DNA from: the human T2T-CHM13v2.0 reference genome, Homo sapiens
DNA: 64,000 nt
Reading direction: 5' to 3' (one strand)
NCBI RefSeq assembly: GCF_009914755.1
Contig: NC_060934.1
The notes under the pieces are model-generated. The model saw only the letters and a list, made by a program, of their open reading frames with translations, ran no database searches and was not told the DNA's origin. This document shows positions 59,441 through 64,000 of the stretch, piece by piece. The stretch's first letter is position 1. Every line of letters starts with the position of its first letter. Made by a program: the position numbers and the translations under genes.

Positions 59441-60491
59441 TCCTCTTCCCCTTCAGAAGTAGTTTTTTGTACTTTGTCCATTATGAAAGGCAACTTATAA
59501 AGAAAAAAATGCTCTTGGATAACATACAGTTCACATTTTGTCATAACAGTTTTCTCTATACCACTGAAAGCTTGAAAAAAACAATATTTTAAAAGGACAG
59601 ACACATAATAAACATTCATAACAGGAAATTCAATATATATACACATTATACATATGTCAATATGCTTATATAAAGAATAATCTTTAAAAAAAGAATAATC
59701 TTTACAAAATATAATGAAGTCAGTAGCTGTCTGAAAGTCCCTTAAAATTATACACAGAATTTTGCACGTAAGCGTAAATGTACATTTTTTTCTGAAGAAA
59801 GGATGCATTGATTTTGCCACATTCTCCAAGGACTCTAAAGAAAGTTAAGAACCATGTTTATAAGTGCCATTAAATATTCCTATGTCTGATCCTATTAGGT
59901 AATGACAAAGTACTTTATAGCTTGTGCATCAGAGTTGAAGAGAACAAAACATATGTCCTTAGTGATGTCCTGATACATGGAGGTTGGTCGCAAACATACA
60001 ATCTTTTCCTAGACAATTATCACATGGGGAAAGATGGCAGCCAACTGCTATGTAAAATGCCAAAGGTGAAAAGATTGAGAAGAGCCCCATGCTCACAGCC
60101 ACGGGCTGGAAGCGCCACCCTCTGGGTTGATAGGGAGAGGGATTTCCTGGCCTCTGTTTCCTGAGGGTCTGGGTTTTGGCTGCTGTCGGAGAAAAGCAGC
60201 CAACACCTGGTGCATTGACAAAAGGATTTCCCAACACACGCTGCCTGCTCATTTCCTCTTTAGAAAGAAGCTTAAATTGTCTATGTTTGTTTATGAACCC
60301 TGCTTACCTGGGATCCAACGAGGCAATTTCTTAAATATATGGAGGTCAAAAATACTGTGAATAATTGGAGCACTACCCTCTGAGGGTGGCAATAAAGATA
60401 AAACTCAAGCAAATCAGCAGAGGATTGAAAGAAAAACTGGTAACACAGAGGCAATGACGATGAGAAGGAATTTGGTTAAATACCTTCATAA

Positions 60492-60810
<319 letters not shown>

Positions 60811-61195
60811 TTACTATCCACAGTTTTCCTTTGGGAAAGGATTTTTCTTCCCCCTACGTGAATGTTTGGTATTTTAAATCCTTTTGGAAAACAGCATCAT
60901 ATAGATATGATAGCAACACATAGCACAGAATACTAATTCAAATTTATAGCTGAAGGGATTCAAACTCAACTGTAGTATTTTATAGTTAAGTAGATGTTTG
61001 CCCAGGTTTCTTAGCAAATCAGCTTTCTTCACTGCTTATTCAATGCTCTTCCTTCCTAAAATAATAGATTCCCAACTCTCAGTTTTCCATATTTGAAAAA
61101 ATTTCCCAAGAGAGACTATGTGTGAAAACAAGTACAACTACCTCACCCAGCAAGCACACTTTCTAAAAGTTAACCCTTAAAAATATGCATTCCCA

Positions 61196-61895
<700 letters not shown>

Positions 61896-62109
61896 TTATC
61901 CCTTTCTGCCATCACGTGTCCATTGGAGACCTCAAATACTAGCTGCCCCAAGCATTTGAATTCAACCAAATGGAAGCCCACCAGAAACAATGGTAGAGCA
62001 GCCAAGGAATATGAGATTGAGAGACTTCTGTCAAATGCCTTTGCAGGGTTCTCTGGCACGCAGGCAGAGCAGGGGCTAATAACCGAGAAAAGCAGAGTGG
62101 CACTTGGTG

Positions 62110-62830
<721 letters not shown>

Positions 62831-63265
62831 GGTTTTTAATTGCCAGCTCTAAGTTCTGCAAAGGCAGTGACAACATCTTAGACGTCTGTAGATTCCAGGA
62901 ACCTTGCACAGCGCCAGAAACATGTGAGAGTTCACGTCCAGCTTGCGGAACACTGAGGATGAAAATGATGAAATGCATTAGTGCATAGCTGGGCAGATGG
63001 ACAGAGCAGCCCTTCAAGGGAACTGATGTTTCTCTTCCCGAAAGTGTTCAGGGGGTGTGGCAGATGCTCTTGGTGATCTGCATCACATCCCCCGGCCCAC
63101 CTCTGGTTCAGCCACAGCTGCGATGGCCCAGGTCATACATGCTGACAACATCCACCTCCCACAGCAAGCCAAGGCAGCAGGAAAAAGGAAGAAAAAGAGT
63201 GAAGCCTCACAGTAAAGAGGAGGTGTCTCACCGGTATTGGGCTACAGAGAAAAGCCAAAGCCTCT

Positions 63266-63316
63266 GTGCCACACTCTTGGGTTGACCGTGCCACGCTCTT
63301 GGGTTGACCGAGCCAC
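63266..63316. repeat. 22-bp tandem repeat, about 2.3 copies (gtgccacrctcttgggttgacc)
   Basis: Directly visible. Confidence 0.85.
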
Positions 63317-63598
63317 AGCCAACGTCAAAACAAACAAGATAACATGGATTTTCATATTGGATTAAAAATCAAAACACAACCAACTATGGGGCCAAATGAT
63401 TCATACCTGAATAATTTCTGTGTGAACAATGCTGGAAACCTTCACATAACAACCAGATTGTTTCCTGGCAAAGGTACAGAGATTTCGCAGAGGCCAAACA
63501 GGGTCCTGCCCTTCCAGCCGCAGAGCAGAGACCGGACCCAGACCGGGACCCTGGAGCTGGGGGTTTCACAGCCAGTCACAGTGCAGCCCTTTAATAGG

Positions 63599-63769
63599 CA
63601 GAGTTGCCCGATTTAGCAAATTACAATACAGAATGCCTGGTTACGTTTGAATTTCGGATAAACAATGAATAATTTCCTAGTGCAAGCATGTCCTAAATAT
63701 TGCACAGGACATATCGTTTCTCTGAATTCAAATGAAACTGGGCATCTTATATCTCATCTGGCAACCCTA
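63599..63769. mobile_element. MER53-like palindromic MITE
   Basis: Inverted termini cagagttgcccgattta…atctggcaacccta; internal tttgaatttcggata…tctgaattcaaat. Confidence 0.8.
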
Positions 63770-64000
63770 GCTAAGGGGGATTTATCCAGATTTTCTGTAA
63801 CCAGAATTTTCTGGAACCAAAGTTAGTTATTACTTTTGTCTCTTAATCCCTGCTTCATAACAACATAAGTGCTAGACCCAAGATCTGGCAAAATTTACCA
63901 ACGTAAGCCAAGAAAGTGCTGAAAACCTGATAGCACTGTCATAACCAACAATTATTTCCCCTCAGTTCGTTCAACAAACACCTGCTGAGCACCCATTCTA

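Noticed and set aside
60300-60315. Isolated strong minus-strand donor CAG|GTAAGC (similar CAG|GTAAGG near 22278)
   Set aside because: I found no convincing paired acceptor; such motifs are expected by chance in 60 kb.

Overview
Primate genomic DNA, most likely human. The window holds the 3' coding part of ITIH5 (inter-alpha-trypsin inhibitor heavy chain 5) on the minus strand. Nine canonical coding exons (6-14 by the known gene structure) can be rebuilt with GT-AG boundaries and consistent phases: 54252-54083, 53068-52952, 22991-22823, 16983-16674, 13931-13372, 10112-10059, 6696-6580, 3331-2954 and 304-3 (TGA at 5-3). They encode the vWA domain (MIDAS DSSAS), the DPHFVV heavy-chain cleavage motif and the C-terminal pro-domain. 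Exons 1-5 and the 3'UTR lie outside the window. The rest is intron, rich in Alu, L1, L2, MIR, MaLR LTRs, DNA-transposon MITEs and tandem repeats. Most ORFs in the track are repeat-derived noise. I find no wholly new biological system. The most interesting signals concern isoform control. (1) A CpG-rich, sense-oriented THE1/MST-type LTR in intron 5 supplies an ATG and a splice donor in frame with exon 6, giving a form without signal peptide or VIT domain (MRNYDSG...). (2) An alternative terminal exon in intron 11 removes the DPHFVV motif. I recall both as annotated isoforms but cannot verify this here. (3) Inverted Alu pairs tightly bracket exons 9 and 11. (4) A 33-bp VNTR carries 15 copies of a 5' splice-site motif. 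(5) A (GAA)~25 tract has grown inside an Alu tail. Repeat boundaries and subfamily names are by eye and approximate.
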